Assembly: GCA_976551045.1 (NCBI GenBank)
Contig: CDPCPM010000182.1
Span: forward strand, 930,001-994,000
Origin: Glaucostegus cemiculus
Taxonomy: Eukaryota
DNA length: 64,000 nucleotides
Direction: 5' to 3'
Shown here in pieces: positions 38,481 to 51,800 of this stretch. Every line of letters starts with the position of its first letter. Within the stretch, counting starts at the first letter, position 1. The position numbers and the translations under genes are program-made. Under the pieces are notes generated by a model, which worked only from the letters and a program-made list of their open reading frames with translations, was not told the origin of the DNA and searched no databases.

Positions 38481-40679
38481 TAGTATGTCCTCATTGTAAT
38501 TAACGAGTACTCCCAATTAAAATGTGTTAACTACGATAAGTAAGAAATGTGTTAATCTTTCTTTTAAATGAAAGAACAGGAAATGCAGAGTAATGCTACA
38601 AGCAATGCCACTCCTCCTTTCCATGGTTATAAGTTGTGCAGCATAGGAAATGGTGCACAAGTAATCTGCTTTAACTGGATCTGTAAATTCTATTTTTCAT
38701 GCGGTTGCACTTGATTTTATAATCACCTCTTCTAATATGATATTCTGTGTGGCTTTGCTTTCAAAAAAAGCTTGGGAGGTAACCTTGTATTGTTCTCCAT
38801 GTTATTTCCATTGTGTTATATTTTCGGAGAGACTGGCTTGATTATACAAAAGTTTGGAAATCTTTAAGGCAGGGCAATGTGCCTCTAGCATTGTTTGTTC
38901 TGAAGCAGTAAGGCTTGTCTCTCAGATGTTTTATTTCATTATACTTAAAAACCTGTTCCATTATGCATTCTAGATAATAGCTGGTTCACATTTTACATGT
39001 GGGTTAGATTGTTCTTGAATGACTTATTCTGCCAAATTATCAATAATATTCTTGGTAGATTCTCAGCATTACTTTTCCAAAGAGATATCTTTGAGCTACT
39101 TCTGAATATTCCAACTTGGGGACATTAACATTTTGTTAATTTAATGCATAATAATTAGCAGAAGAACTTTTTCTTTTCCTTAAGCTTTTTGTGCTTCTCA
39201 TGTATTTAGAAGATGAGTAGGAAGAATGGTGATAATTCTTGCAGTAGTAATGGCAGATAAAAGCACTTTCAGGCAGTTTCCCTGATAATCTGTGGGTAAA
39301 TACATGTTCTTGGCTGCATTTAAGCTAACAGCACCAAAAGGTGTAGTCCTTTGCTGAATTATTTGTGAACGTTTTAAATTGCATGTTGACATTGGTGGCA
39401 GGGCTGGTATTTATTGCCCAACTCTAATGGTTCTTGAGAAGGTCGTAGTGAGCTGCTCCAGTCCATCCAGTGAAAGTACTGGAATGGTGTTGTTGAGCTG
39501 TTCCAGGTTTTGGGCCTGATGATGAAAGTGCAGTAATAGGGTTCTAAATTGGGAGACCCTGATTTGGAAGGAAGCAAAATTTGGATCACAGAAGTCTCCA
39601 GCACAGTTCTGAGGGAGTGCTGCACTGCAGTGTCTTCCAAGCCCTGTCTCCCCTTCTAGGTGAATATCAAAGATCCCACAGCTCTACTTTGCACCTACAT
39701 AGATGTTCTTTTTTTTAGGAAAAGAAAGCAATGGGCTGTTTTTTGCAGAAAATTCCGGCAGTTCTCTGTGGAACTATTGACACTCCCTCACTGAGCTCAG
39801 AAATTTTATATAGACAAGTGAAGACAAAGGTGCGATTCCCCAGTTTGAAATCTGGGAATAGAGGATAGGAATAGTGTCTTCATTTACTTATTTCCTTAAT
39901 ACCTTGCTGCAAGATATTAATTTTTCTTATTGCATTATTTAAAAGCATTTGGTGTTGTAGTTTTTGACAACTTTTTCATTCATAATTTGTAATATTTTTA
40001 AATGCAGGTATATTTTTGAAATATTTGTAGCTTTTTGACAGTTTCATCAGACAGCTAAATGAGGGGTATGGCTTAACCAGCTATCAATTTTTGCAATAGT
40101 TTATTGAGCAGAACTTGCTCTGGCCTCTCACCTTGTGTATGCCTGCAGCCACAGAAGTCCTGTACTGGCAGGAAATTCTGGGTCATAATTTAGATACTAT
40201 TACTTTGCTCTTTGATATTGGTATGCACAAGTTGGCATCTAAGATTTTTTACATTAATCACAACAGTACAGCAAGTTATTAATTACTTTTGGAGTGTTAG
40301 TTGCAAAAGCTATATAAATTCAAGTCTTTTTCTTTCTTGAAGCCCATCTGGAAGAGTGGGGAGATAATGTACAAGAAAAATGCTGTATTTTAATTACTGC
40401 TGAGGAAATCCTGTTTTCCAACAACTGGCAGGATTGGGATAACCGCTAAAGTCCTCAAATAGTCTGATCTTGTTTTTGGTTTGCTTCCCTGTTTAAACAG
40501 AAAAAAATGAGCATATGGCTGAGGAATTTTGGTGCCTGGTAAAGAGAAGGGTGGGGATGAAGCAACAGAAAAAACAATTGCACACAAGCGAAGTTTCTCC
40601 ATAAAGCAATTTTGAATTCCTGTCCATTGTTTGGTAAATATGATCTTAAATCTCTAAAATGTGAATTTTTCATTTGCAG

Positions 40680-40715
40680 ATTCCATACTCCTCTTCGTCT
40701 CCTGGTACATATGGG
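40680..40715 (+). CDS. SSBP3: SSBP3 exon 12 (IPYSSSSPGTYG)
   Basis: catttgcag|ATT...TATGGG|gtatgt; 36 nt. Confidence 0.93.
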
Positions 40716-41568
40716 GTATGTATTTGTATTTTTGGGCATGCTGTGCATAATGCAAGTATTTGTAGATGAAGGAAAATTGTTGATCAGCAGTGACTGCTGG
40801 TGGGAAATACAAATCGACCTGGTAAAAGCTTGGCTGTAGACCTGAAACTTGAGCATTAAAGGAAAGGATCTAATTGGGAAAAGAAGAAAAGGGTGGCTTG
40901 CTTCTCCCCACATCCAAAGCCAAATAAAGTATAGTGTGGAAATGTAATTTGCCTCAGCACCTGGAATACAACTTGTGTTTTGATAACCTGGAATGTACAC
41001 GAGACGAGAGATGTTGAATCTTGAAAGTATTTTGATCTGAGATGTCCCCACAGAAAAAAAAATACAGCTGCATATTAGTTTAATTTTGAATTTAGTTTGC
41101 ATAACTTTAAAGCCTCTTTTCATTCTTGAAACAGATCACAGCAACATTTAATATTTTGGTGAATTATTTTGGGAACCATGTGTCATTGGCACCCACAGAA
41201 AGAGGTTGAAAAGAGAAAGGGATCTGCCCCCACTCTAGGGAGCTTTGAGGGTAACATGGTTAGTTTTGCTTCACTGAAATTGGCTGTGAATGTAGAACAA
41301 CTGAGCTAAAGGTGAAGTTGCAGCACTGTGTTTAAGTATAGATTAAATTCTATCTGTGACTCGGGTAGAATTGCTGCTCTTGTTGGAATGATCCCACAGT
41401 TTTGCTTAAGGTCTCAGGAAAAACTATTAAGTTATGTAGACTGTGTTCTAGTATTCTGTAGAGAGTATTTAGTGACCCAGCAAGGCCTTGGCCCAGTTTG
41501 CTTACAGCAGCATAACAGATTCTAGGCTGTAATGATTCAATCAATGCTGATGCGTGTTTTGTTCGTAG

Positions 41569-41623
41569 GGGCCCCCTGGTGGTGGAGGTCCTCCAGGAAC
41601 ACCGATAATGCCAAGTCCAGCAG
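41569..41623 (+). CDS. SSBP3: SSBP3 exon 13 (GPPGGGGPPGTPIMPSPA-D)
   Basis: gttcgtag|GGG...GCAG|gtacag; 55 nt. Confidence 0.95.
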
Positions 41624-43476
41624 GTACAGTATTACATGGATTTCTCTTGACACTGGTGTTATGATTTTAAATACATGCTAGTCTTAAATTCCTTTGAGAT
41701 TTCGTATGAAAATATGTGCAATTTCTACATTTTAAGGTAAATATCCTGGCACTAATCTTATTTTTTAGATTGGAACCTTGCCTGCCTTTGCTGCCTGTAT
41801 TTTCATCAGTAAGTGCTGATCATACAGTTTTAGCACTGACTGGGAGAAAGCCAACACTGAGATTAATAATTCTCTATTGATGGGTTCCCACATGTGTTGG
41901 ACACAATAAGTACTCCAAGCTAATTCCCTATATTGTGTCATCAGCACTCTCAGCATGGTTTAATTACCTGCTTAATTGCACAGTGAGGATAAATTAACCT
42001 TTTGAACATAAGCAGTGTTTTCTTAAAAGCACAATGCAATTCAAGAACAAGCTGATATGATTTATTTTTGGAGTTGCTTGTTTAGTTTTTATACATGAAT
42101 TGTTCTGATTGGTTACTAAAGGAGCTTATTGATTTTTTTAATAACTTGTAATTGGTGAATTTTGGATTAAGTAATCAAAGAACACATTTGAATTGTCTTT
42201 TAACCAGATCGAATCCAGAGCTTTCACTGTAATAAGGTGGCCGATTTTACATGGGCTCAGTTATTTTCTTTTCAGTAAGTTCATGGATGAGGTTGAAGTA
42301 ATTACTCATTGGTGCCTCTTTTCAGTGGTTAGGTTCCTATCACTGGTCTAATGTAATTACATGGTAAGAAAACAGTGGTTTAATTGGAGTGCTTCACTCA
42401 CTTCAGGATGATTGAATTGAAAAGCATAGAATTCATGTTAGATTTGTTTGTTGTGCTGATTGGACCATACTTTGGATGCTCCTGAGTGGTTTGTTTCCTT
42501 AAGTTTACAGTAGCGTGGGAAGAAGAGAAAATAATTCATGTTTGATACCAGAATTGAGTGGGCGCACCTAGGTAATATTGAATAGTTTCGTCCTTGCAGA
42601 ACTGATTGAGGGATGGCTCAGAGCTTCAAGATAAGGAAAACATTTGACAGGATAGACATGTTTCCGGGTAGGTGATTGGTAGGAGGGGGTGATGGGGGAG
42701 GGGAAAGGTGAGAATTAAAAGTTAAGCACTGTAATTATAAGGTGGTCCCTAATAAATCCATTGGGGAATTTAAGAGCAACATCTCTATGCAGGATGGTTA
42801 GCATGTGGAACTTGTTGCCGTATGAAATAGTTGAGGTGAATAACCTGGATGCATTTGTAGGGAAGTCGGACAAATAAGAGGAAAATGCAAGTCAAAAAAA
42901 AGTGCAGAGCCTAGAAGTCTGCAAAATAAAATGATGGAAACATTCAGCAGATTAGGCAGTATCTGTGGAAAAAGAAACAGTTAACGTTTTATGACAGAAT
43001 CCCTTTGGAACAGGGAAAGTAGAAAAACATTGGGTTTAAGTTGCTTCTCAAACTTCTCAACACAAGTTGTCAACATTATGACAGTGCAGGAGGCCACAGA
43101 TGAGTCAGAACGGGACAGAGAATCAAAATGGCAGGTGACAGGGAGCTCAGACCACCCCTTCCCCCCCCCACCCCACCCCCCGCCTTTTGATGCAGCTGTT
43201 CTGCAAAGTGGTCACCCAGTATTTTTGAGGGATTGAGTATAGAAGAGTGGGAGAATGTCAGTGTGGAGCAACAATGTGGACTCGTTGGATAGAGTGGCCT
43301 TTTGCTGCTGTAAATACTGTGTAATGAGCTCTGTTGCCAAAACCCGAAAGAAAATCTTGATTTTAAAGGACTTGGAAAACCAAGAAACCTTGTTGTTTTA
43401 TCAAATGTAACATGTTTGTTCTGAATGAAATGGGAGTTTAATTAATATGCTGTGTTCTTCTCATGCTCAAATATAG

Positions 43477-43547
43477 ATTCAACGAATTCCAGTGACAACA
43501 TGTACACAATGATTAATCCCGTTCCACCTGGAGGAAGCCGATCAAAT
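43477..43547 (+). CDS. SSBP3: SSBP3 exon 14 (D-STNSSDNMYTMINPVPPGGSRSN)
   Basis: aaatatag|AT...TCAAAT|gtaagt; 71 nt; visible inside ORF 43452..43658. Confidence 0.96.
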
Positions 43548-44012
43548 GTAAGTATAGTTTTCATGAAAGGAAAACCTCACCATTCAGATCAGAAAAACAC
43601 AAATGTGAGCTTTCTCTTGACTGTTACAACATTGATACTCAGACTGTTGAAAAGATAAAAGAATGAAATAACCTCTCAACTCATTAGTCCTTCAGGATCT
43701 ATGAACAGAAACAAATGATGCTTTAGTTGTTTCTCTGTCGAGAATGGCCATTAATTGTACCTGAAAGTTTGTGACTATTCAACCAGAGCTTTATCGTATT
43801 CCTGGGTGGTCATCTGAATCAGTACTATATCTTGCAGAGAGACAAGGCTGCAGATTCTGGGATGTAGAGCAAAAGAAAACCAATGGATGCTACCTCTCCT
43901 GCTGAGATCCTCCAGCAGCTTGTTTTTTTTGCACTACATTTTGCTGAACTGTAATCGCCATAGAAATTGTTGGCATGAGACCTTATTTCAATATGTTTTG
44001 TTTTACTTCCAG

Positions 44013-44091
44013 TTCCCATTGGGTCCTGGCTCTGAAGGTCCCATGGGTGGAATGGGAGGAATTGAGCCACATCACATGAATGGATCATTAG
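44013..44091 (+). CDS. SSBP3: SSBP3 exon 15 ([27 protein letters not shown])
   Basis: ttacttccag|TTC...TTAG|gtaagt; 79 nt. Confidence 0.96.
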
Positions 44092-44378
44092 GTAAGTTGC
44101 TTTCCTACCAGGAATAATCATAAAGGGACATAGAAGCCTTTTCAGCAGAGCAGAAATAACTTTAAACTAAGGGGGCTTCTGAGTCCTTGGCTGTGAAAGA
44201 GGTCCTGGAATTAATAAGAAAGTATTAGTTGAGTTTGTATGTGTATGTGAGTGAAAAATTAAAGTAGTCATTGAACCTTGTATATATTGCAGAAGAATTA
44301 GAATTTTCAGTATTTTTCTACCAATGGCCATGTGTTGTCAGAAATTTTAATGAAAATATTTGCTTTTACTATCCTCAG

Positions 44379-44407
44379 GGTCGGGCGATATGGACGGGAT
44401 CCCCAAG
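44379..44407 (+). CDS. SSBP3: SSBP3 exon 16 (G-SGDMDGIPK)
   Basis: atcctcag|GG...CCCAAG|gtacga; 29 nt. Confidence 0.93.
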
Positions 44408-46001
44408 GTACGAGTCTGGCTGTAACTTTAATGCAGAATTTAATAATGAATATCATAGCAGAATTCAACATAAGTTCCTAGATGAAATTCTTTGATCAAA
44501 ACCAGAGTAACAGTAGAATGGAAGGGGGCATTGTGGATCCGTAATCTTGACAGTTCCATACAAAGAAGGACTAAATGTTGTGGGAAAGATGCACATGCAG
44601 AAATCTAGGCCTTGGCTGCACATGTTTAATTCCCTACTAGTGTTTAACATCAGCGCATTGAGCTGGTTTGGGAGAGTTGCTTAATGTATTTTCTTTGTTT
44701 GGATCATGCATATGAATTGAGTACCCCCAGAGGAGATGCATCAGTCATCCCAACGTGCATTTGCTATCCAGATCTAGTTTACACATGTTTGTGTAATCAT
44801 CACCTGATTTTAAGTGTGCAAATAAATTCAAATCCCAGAAGGACTGTTTTGATTGACTTCCTTTCCCCTGACCACATAGTGAGCTGGTGACTGTTTTCCC
44901 CCCATGTACATCCTAAGTTGGAACAAACTGAGTGTATAGAGTCTGCATAAAATTACATGGAGAAAGGAAATGAGGTCTGGATTTAGTGAGCAAAGGTAGT
45001 GATCAAATAAATTAAAAAGGTGCGACGAAAAGACGAAATAAAAATTAGGTGAATTTTGCTGAAGTGATGTTGAGAATGTGAAAGCGATTACACAATATTT
45101 GAAAGGAAGGAAATTTGGAGAATCTGGTTTACCCAAGAAAGCTCCAGTGGTCAAAGAATGTTAGAACAAAAAGATGGATGACATGGCTGCAGGGCTCCTA
45201 AGCCATGGTGGATATAACATCTCCATTTCACAAAAGCACTGGTGTGTTAGCCTGTCTCATTAGCACCTTCTGTAAGAGTCTGAATTCTTCTGGCAGTAAC
45301 ATTAAGTGCCTCATGGAAGGATATAGTAGTTCCTCAAATTGCATTGGAACTTTCTTTTTGATTTTTGTTTCACTTTGCTGCTATTCCAGTTCTACTTATC
45401 CTTCTGGATCTCAAAGGAGCTACAAGAGATTCTGCAGATGCTGGATCTCATTTCTTTAAATTCCTGCATAATTCCATTCCCTTTTGCACTCCTGTCAGTG
45501 GATCATCCGCTGTCCTGTCATTAACTTGGGTCTTTCTTCTGCCATTGTTCCTCCCATGGAACTGTTCATCTGTACCATCTTTCTGTGGCTTTAACCTTGC
45601 CTACCTATCTGCACAGATGATCTCCAAGTAGTATCAAAACTTTTGTCTTTTCCATAGCCAATTTACAGTGTTGGCAGAGATTTGTGTTTTTGACCTTCTG
45701 GGTCAGCACTGTTGCAGGATGTCATACCAGCTCTTGGGGTCCCACCTTGCGGATTAGGAACCACAAGTATGATCCAATGACAGACTCTTAAATGTCTACT
45801 TACTGGTCTCTTTTTCAATTAGGCACCCTGTTGAAGGCAACATGAGAACCAATCTCATGAAGGCATAAATTTAGAATTGACAGAATTCTGAAATTTGAGA
45901 GAGTCATTTAGCAGCTGTGTGAATTGGTGTTCACTTTAGCTGTTTTTTCTATGGGAGAGAAATGCCCATGTTTTATTGAGTGAAATTATTATATTTTTCA
46001 G

Positions 46002-46103
46002 AACTCTCCCAACAACATGAGCAGCATTACCAATCCTCCAGGCACTCCAAGGGATGACGGTGAATTAGGAGGAAATTTTCTTCACTCCTTCCAAAATGAT
46101 AAT
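46002..46103 (+). CDS. SSBP3: SSBP3 exon 17 ([34 protein letters not shown])
   Basis: atttttcag|AAC...GATAAT|gtgagt; 102 nt. Confidence 0.96.
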
Positions 46104-47313
46104 GTGAGTATGTGAGAATATCAGAGATAAATACATGCTAACATGAATAACCATTTCAGATTTTGTTTAGTGAGCTACTGCCACTCATGTTTCTATTTCT
46201 GTTGTGGTTCTTGAAATACAATAGTGTTTAACTTTTGATTATAACTAATGAGTTCACACAAAGCTGTTTATATTAAAGTTGTTAGAAGGGCAAAACATTT
46301 CTCCTTGACAACCTTCTTCCAGATCTCAATCCAGATTAGCAGTGCAGAGCAGGAAGGTTGTGATTAAGTTTACCAGTCTATGCAGAAGCAGCAAATCTCA
46401 AACCAGGTGGCAGAAAGAGTACAACTGTTGGCCACAGAACCTCCGGGTTAAAAAGGAGAGAAGGTACAAGATGGTGGCCTTGGGGCAAGAACAGGATTGG
46501 GCTTTGCTCTTGTGCCTTATCCCCACTGGAAGAATTCTGTAGAAAAAGCGAATTTGTTTGACCCACTGAAGCAATTCCTGCACTCTGCAAATACTATCCA
46601 ATTAATCTTTACCTACACCTTCAAGATATTGTTTTCAAATTTTTGGCCACTTTGCTTTTAAATGAAATGATAGGTTCTTCCCCATAAATAAAATGCTTAC
46701 TAATGTATTTCCTTTTTTCATTACATCAACAATTTTTCACTGGGGGTGGGGGTCAACCATAATTTATAAGAATTCTGATTTTCTTTAGTAGGCTATTACA
46801 TAACTGAGGAGTGGAAAAGGTTACTTACAGACTGTGTGCATTTTTTGATAAGGCAAATGTTTAGGAATTTGTAAGTGGAAATGAGTAAAGCACCAAAACC
46901 CTTGAAATAGAAGTGATGCTTTAGTTTTGTAGGTTAAAGACTAGTTAAAAATTTAAGCCAGTTGAGTGACAGCTCAGTTGTGGGGCTGGGTCATATAGGG
47001 GGGAAAGGGGAAAAAAAAGAGTGGGAGGGAGCTATTGGCAGGTGACAAGTTATTCTCGTGTTCCTGACTTGGAGTTCCCACCACTCACTGGCAATGATCC
47101 ATAACTCAGTTGTGCAGTTTTTGTTCTCAGTGATAATGAAGAAAAATGTTCTTTTAATGAATTACTCCCTCCACATTAGTGGAGATTGAATTACAATGTA
47201 ATATTGGGGTCAGTTTCAGCAAACTATGTTTGCAAGTTTGCCATGTTTAGCAGAACCCAGATGCTACAAGATGTATGGTTCCAACCCATGTAATCCTTGT
47301 CACTTTCTTTCAG

Positions 47314-47343
47314 TATTCCCCCAGCATGACGATGAGCGTGTGA
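47314..47343 (+). CDS. SSBP3: SSBP3 terminal coding exon (YSPSMTMSV*)
   Basis: ctttctttcag|TAT TCC CCC AGC ATG ACG ATG AGC GTG TGA; the characteristic SSDP-family C-terminus. Confidence 0.96.
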   Translation, partial: YSPSMTMSV

Positions 47344-48830
47344 TTTTTCCCCTTCCCCCTTCTCCAGGACCAGAATGATGAGACAGCTGCCCTTTGGAAG
47401 ATTAAAGAACGTATGCAAGAAGCAGTTCAACGTGTTGACGAGGAACTGGGGGCAAAACCCCAATTTTGAGTTTCACGCAATAAAAAGGCTGAACTTCTTT
47501 AATTCCATAAACATGAAGGACAAAAAAAAAAGATTCAAGACATAAAACCCTTCTCCTGGAAGGACTGTACGTTACACATCGCATCTTTTTGAAGCAAAGA
47601 AAAAAATTTAAACGCCTCTAGCACCCGAACAGACCTCTTCCGCTTCATCCTCTGAACCCATGTATCTTTGTGCTGAACTGAATAAGGCGCTAGTCTAGGT
47701 ATAAGATCCGATGTTGTCCATATTGTAGCCATTTTAACTGGGACGTTTACACAATGTGGTTTACTTTCGAAGGCCCTTCTTTTGGTGGCACAGATTATTT
47801 TTTTCTTGCTTCTGTGAGCCTTCCCCCTCCAGGTGCAAGGTGTTAATCAGTGGCTTGTTCCATACCTGTGTAGCTGAACGATGATATGCCCAGTGGGTTC
47901 CAGTTTGAGAGGAGCGTATATTTTGTCCCAACTCCCACTATTCTCCAATTACTCCCCACCCCGTTTTACCACCCCATCTCCCACACTTCCCAGTGCCCAC
48001 ATGTATGTGCACACCTCGAATCTGGATTGCTTCATTCCTCTGTTACTTAACTTTATTGACCCAGAGGAAAACTCTGTACGCGAGAAAGAGACAACTACAG
48101 ACGTGATTGAAATAGAGGAAAATAAACAGTTGTAGTGGCACTACAATCGTGCTGGGATCTCTGTACAATTACACACTACCTGTAGATGGTCTTTTGTTTA
48201 AACCCAATTCTATACAATGTGTATCAAGTTATGTAAAATATTATCTTGCCTGGACAACCCTTGTGCTGATTCTTGATAACATTGTAGCTGTTCTGTGTTT
48301 CTTACCTTGTAGTCTGGTTATAAAAAAGAAAAAAATTCTACAATGTAGTTTTGTGTTCAATATTTGTTGCTAATGTTTTATTGAGGGATGTTTTTTCTGC
48401 ACCCCTTTACAGAGTTTTCAGGAACGTCAACTGTGTTTATTGTGCTGACTGCAGGTTATGGGATGTTAACATACTTTGTTTTTGTTTGGGGGGGGAGGGG
48501 TGGTGGGGGTTGGGGGAAATAGCAGGATCTTTCTAAATGAATTGCCTTTTTAGATGTGTTTCAAATCAATCTAACTGTGTTTAGCTGTAGAGTTGCTGAA
48601 CGAGTATGTAAATCTCCTATTTGCAGTCAGATCGGAACATACTGATGAAATTTTGGTGTTTTATTGTAGATTTCAGTCTCCAGGAAATCGTGCATTTTAA
48701 ACTGAGAAAAAGACAAGTCTGGCAAATGTAATTTTACAAATTCGCTAAATTATTGTCTTCATTGGGATGGTTTTGAATGAAACGGTTCTTTTCTCCAACG
48801 CTGTAATAAATATAAACATAAAACTTAATT
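47344..48830 (+). other. SSBP3: SSBP3 3' UTR, proximal part, with candidate AATAAA signals at 47479, 48121 and 48805
   Basis: Follows the stop codon; U-rich with no recognisable repeat; AATAAA hexamers read directly; the true 3' end cannot be determined from sequence. Confidence 0.65.
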
Positions 48831-51800
48831 TTGATTCTTTTCTGTTAACTTGTTGACCCCTTTGCTATCTTAAGAATTGTTGGAAGAAATGTTGATGTTT
48901 CCTGTTCCTCAACTTAAAAGGATTTGTTTTAAAGTACAAGGTGCAATTTAAGTAATTCCCATTCTGTATTGTACAGAATAGTGAAGTGCAGTAGACTGTG
49001 GCAGAACTGGGCATTTGTTTGTAAAGGATCGTGCTGCTCGTGAAAGGTGGGAAAGCTCCATGGCACACCAGGAAACTGTTTAAAACTGTCACTTGAACAG
49101 TGCAAAGGAAATTGTTTATGAAAACAGCAAGCTGTGGGAACTGGACTAAATTGTCAGATATCACTCTTAAGTGCACAATACACTTAACTGTGTAGCTTGC
49201 ATCTGAATCCAGGCAAAGGTGATGCCAGCAGTTTCATTCTTGCCATCTTGGCTACACTCAAAATGAGTTTGGGAAACCTTGGCTCAATGTATAAGGGGTT
49301 AGACTTAGAGCACACATTGTCCAAATCAAAGACAAAATTGGCTCAAAGAATACAGGATGTTTTGGGAAATTGAAATCTTACATTAGTACAGTAGGGATTG
49401 TTCAATTAAATGGATAGAACAGAATCTAATTCCTGCTTAATGTGAAACAGCCAAGATGCTTGAACACCTGTTAAAGGTATAATGCCTTTAAATGGCACCT
49501 TTTCTACTAACCTGAAGTAGGATTATTTATCAATGATGGATGCCTAAAATAGGAAAGGTACCTTATTTTCATTCTTGAGCATTAACCTACATCGTAAAAT
49601 TTATCCTCAAATACTGAGGCATAGGCTAATCCACTTACTAATGAAGTGTTTTTGAATGGGAAGCTGCAATTGAATGGATTGGGGAAGTGAAATTTAAAAA
49701 TAACAATTAGAAATGAATTTAAATTACATCTTTAAAAAAAACTGAAACCATGGTAAAATTTCCCACCCCTTGGGAGAAATGCTGATTTTTGTGTAGGGAT
49801 TTGGCCCAACACAACAATGTGCTAATATTTCACCAGTGCCATCTCCTATTATCCATTTTCCTTGCAGTCTTATTTATTTCTTTATAAATCTGATTCATTT
49901 TCCAGTGAGATTATAACTTCTGCCTATGTGTAATTTTGATAATCTGTTATTAAACTACACATGAAACTTTTCTAAAAGGAGTAGGGGTAGTAGAAGGATT
50001 GAGAATTGAGTGATGGTGATAATCTTGTCTATGTATTTTGCCTATGCTTATTCTCCTGTAAGTAACAGGTGACAGCCACTTTGCTGAATATATACCATGT
50101 ATACTTCATTTAAAGTGTGAAAAAATTATGGAACAAGAATAGAGAAACTGTAGCAAAACAGCAGTTGAGAAAAAGGAAAACTTACAGATTAATGTGTTGA
50201 AACAAAAGAGAAAAATGGGAGATGGATAAAGAGAAAAATTAGCTAACCTACACAAAATTAAATATTAAGGGAAGTTGAAAAGAAATGCATGAAAAATGAA
50301 GAAATAAAAAAAAAGGAACAGGGAAAGTAACAAAGTGACTGAATGTTTGGCACATGGATTTTCTGAGCTTTACTGTGGAGTACATGATATTGAACAGTGT
50401 AAATAGAGCTGGGCCTTTTTATTATCTGTGCATGTGACTGCATGGAATGACCTAGACTACAATAACAATATGATGAAACAACCTTTGTAATTTATTAACC
50501 ATTGGAGCATTCACTGTAACAGCGAATTACAATTGATAGAAACAAGACAAATTATATTGTGGATGGAGTTGGTAAAATTAAGTAAATTAAGTTTTTAATG
50601 TGCTTGTGTCCTGAGGACCATACAAAGACATGCAACGATATTTAGGCATCTTGTTAAAGAGCCATGGTCCAGTTGTTTAGAATATTGTGAAGATTTAGGA
50701 GTTATGAATAAAGTAAAGAAATAGTCGTTAATGTCTAACTTTGCATATTAATACAAGAAAATCTAATTTTGTTGTCAATAAAGTAAAAATTAACTTGAAA
50801 TATTCCTTTTGATGAAATTCCAAAGATTGTTTCACTAGTTTAGGTATACGAATGACAAAACATATTTGTATTATAGCAGCGCTGCCCTGGGAAACTGCAC
50901 AGCTTTAATAAATCTCATTAACTCAAAGTATCTATCAGTTTCTGTTCAAGGGAAAGAACACCTTGTGATAATGGGTTTTCAGTCTTTGTATTATCAGAAT
51001 TATTCCCCTCTCTATGCCTTGTGCTTTCCATGAGATGAATAATGATCTCTAAGTCCTTTACCCATGCAACTCTTCAATTAATAACCAAGGGTTTAACGAA
51101 TTGTGGGATCAGTAGGTAACTATCTTCACACTGTGACATACCTAATGTTACAGATTTCAGCAAGGGAGGAGATTGTACTTAGCCCCTCAATTCTGCTGTG
51201 CCACAGACTAAGCTATTAAATTTATATGACTGTTTCCATTCCTACCTAAAAGGTGCTGACTCCTGGTTCAGCACAGTTTCATGATCATTGGTAGCTTTCC
51301 AAAAGTTTACAGCATAATTTTTTCTTCTGAGTCAATTAAGTTTGTTTTGTAACCTTGGGCACCCTTGTCCTGGAATGTAAAAAGTGGAAGCTAAAGGTTA
51401 AATTACAAATAACAAACTATTCAACCATAACTGGCATGAGTCATTTACTGTTAATCCCCTGTCCTAAATATCAATCATAGCTCAGTGCCAGCCTGGTTGG
51501 TATTGGCCAACTTGGCACTGAACCACACTTGAAAGCTACTCAGGAGAATTTGAAGATTTTGAACAAACAAGTTTACCAACTTGCAATTGTCAGTGCTGGT
51601 TAATGTACTGGGAGAATGATAAATGTTAAGATTTCTTATTAGAATTGAGAAATTAACTGAGTGGGGTACTGAACAAATGTCACCAAAAAATTCACTAGAA
51701 TTGTTTCTTTAAAATAAAAATGCAGTGATAAATGAGATGTCAGTTCTCAGTCTGTCTGCCAGCCCTGCTCTCACAGGTAATCTTTGATAAGGAAGTCAGG

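Larger units (their letters stand above)
14055..47343 (+). other. SSBP3: SSBP3 gene, 3' part (coding exons ~5-18; the LisH/LUFS-encoding exons 1-4 lie upstream of the window)
   Basis: 14 exons with AG/GT boundaries and consistent phases (90,81,60,67,74,65,49,36,55,71,79,29,102,30 nt = 888 nt) give a Pro/Gly/Met-rich frame [15 protein letters not shown]...[21 protein letters not shown]. The 27-aa exon, the FLHSFQNDN segment and the neighbouring MRPL37 favour SSBP3 over SSBP2/SSBP4. Confidence 0.95.

Noticed and set aside
40455-41123. 222-aa minus-strand ORF antisense to SSBP3 exon 12
   Set aside because: No recognisable domain, composition typical of AT-rich intron translation, no splice or promoter support; likely a chance ORF.
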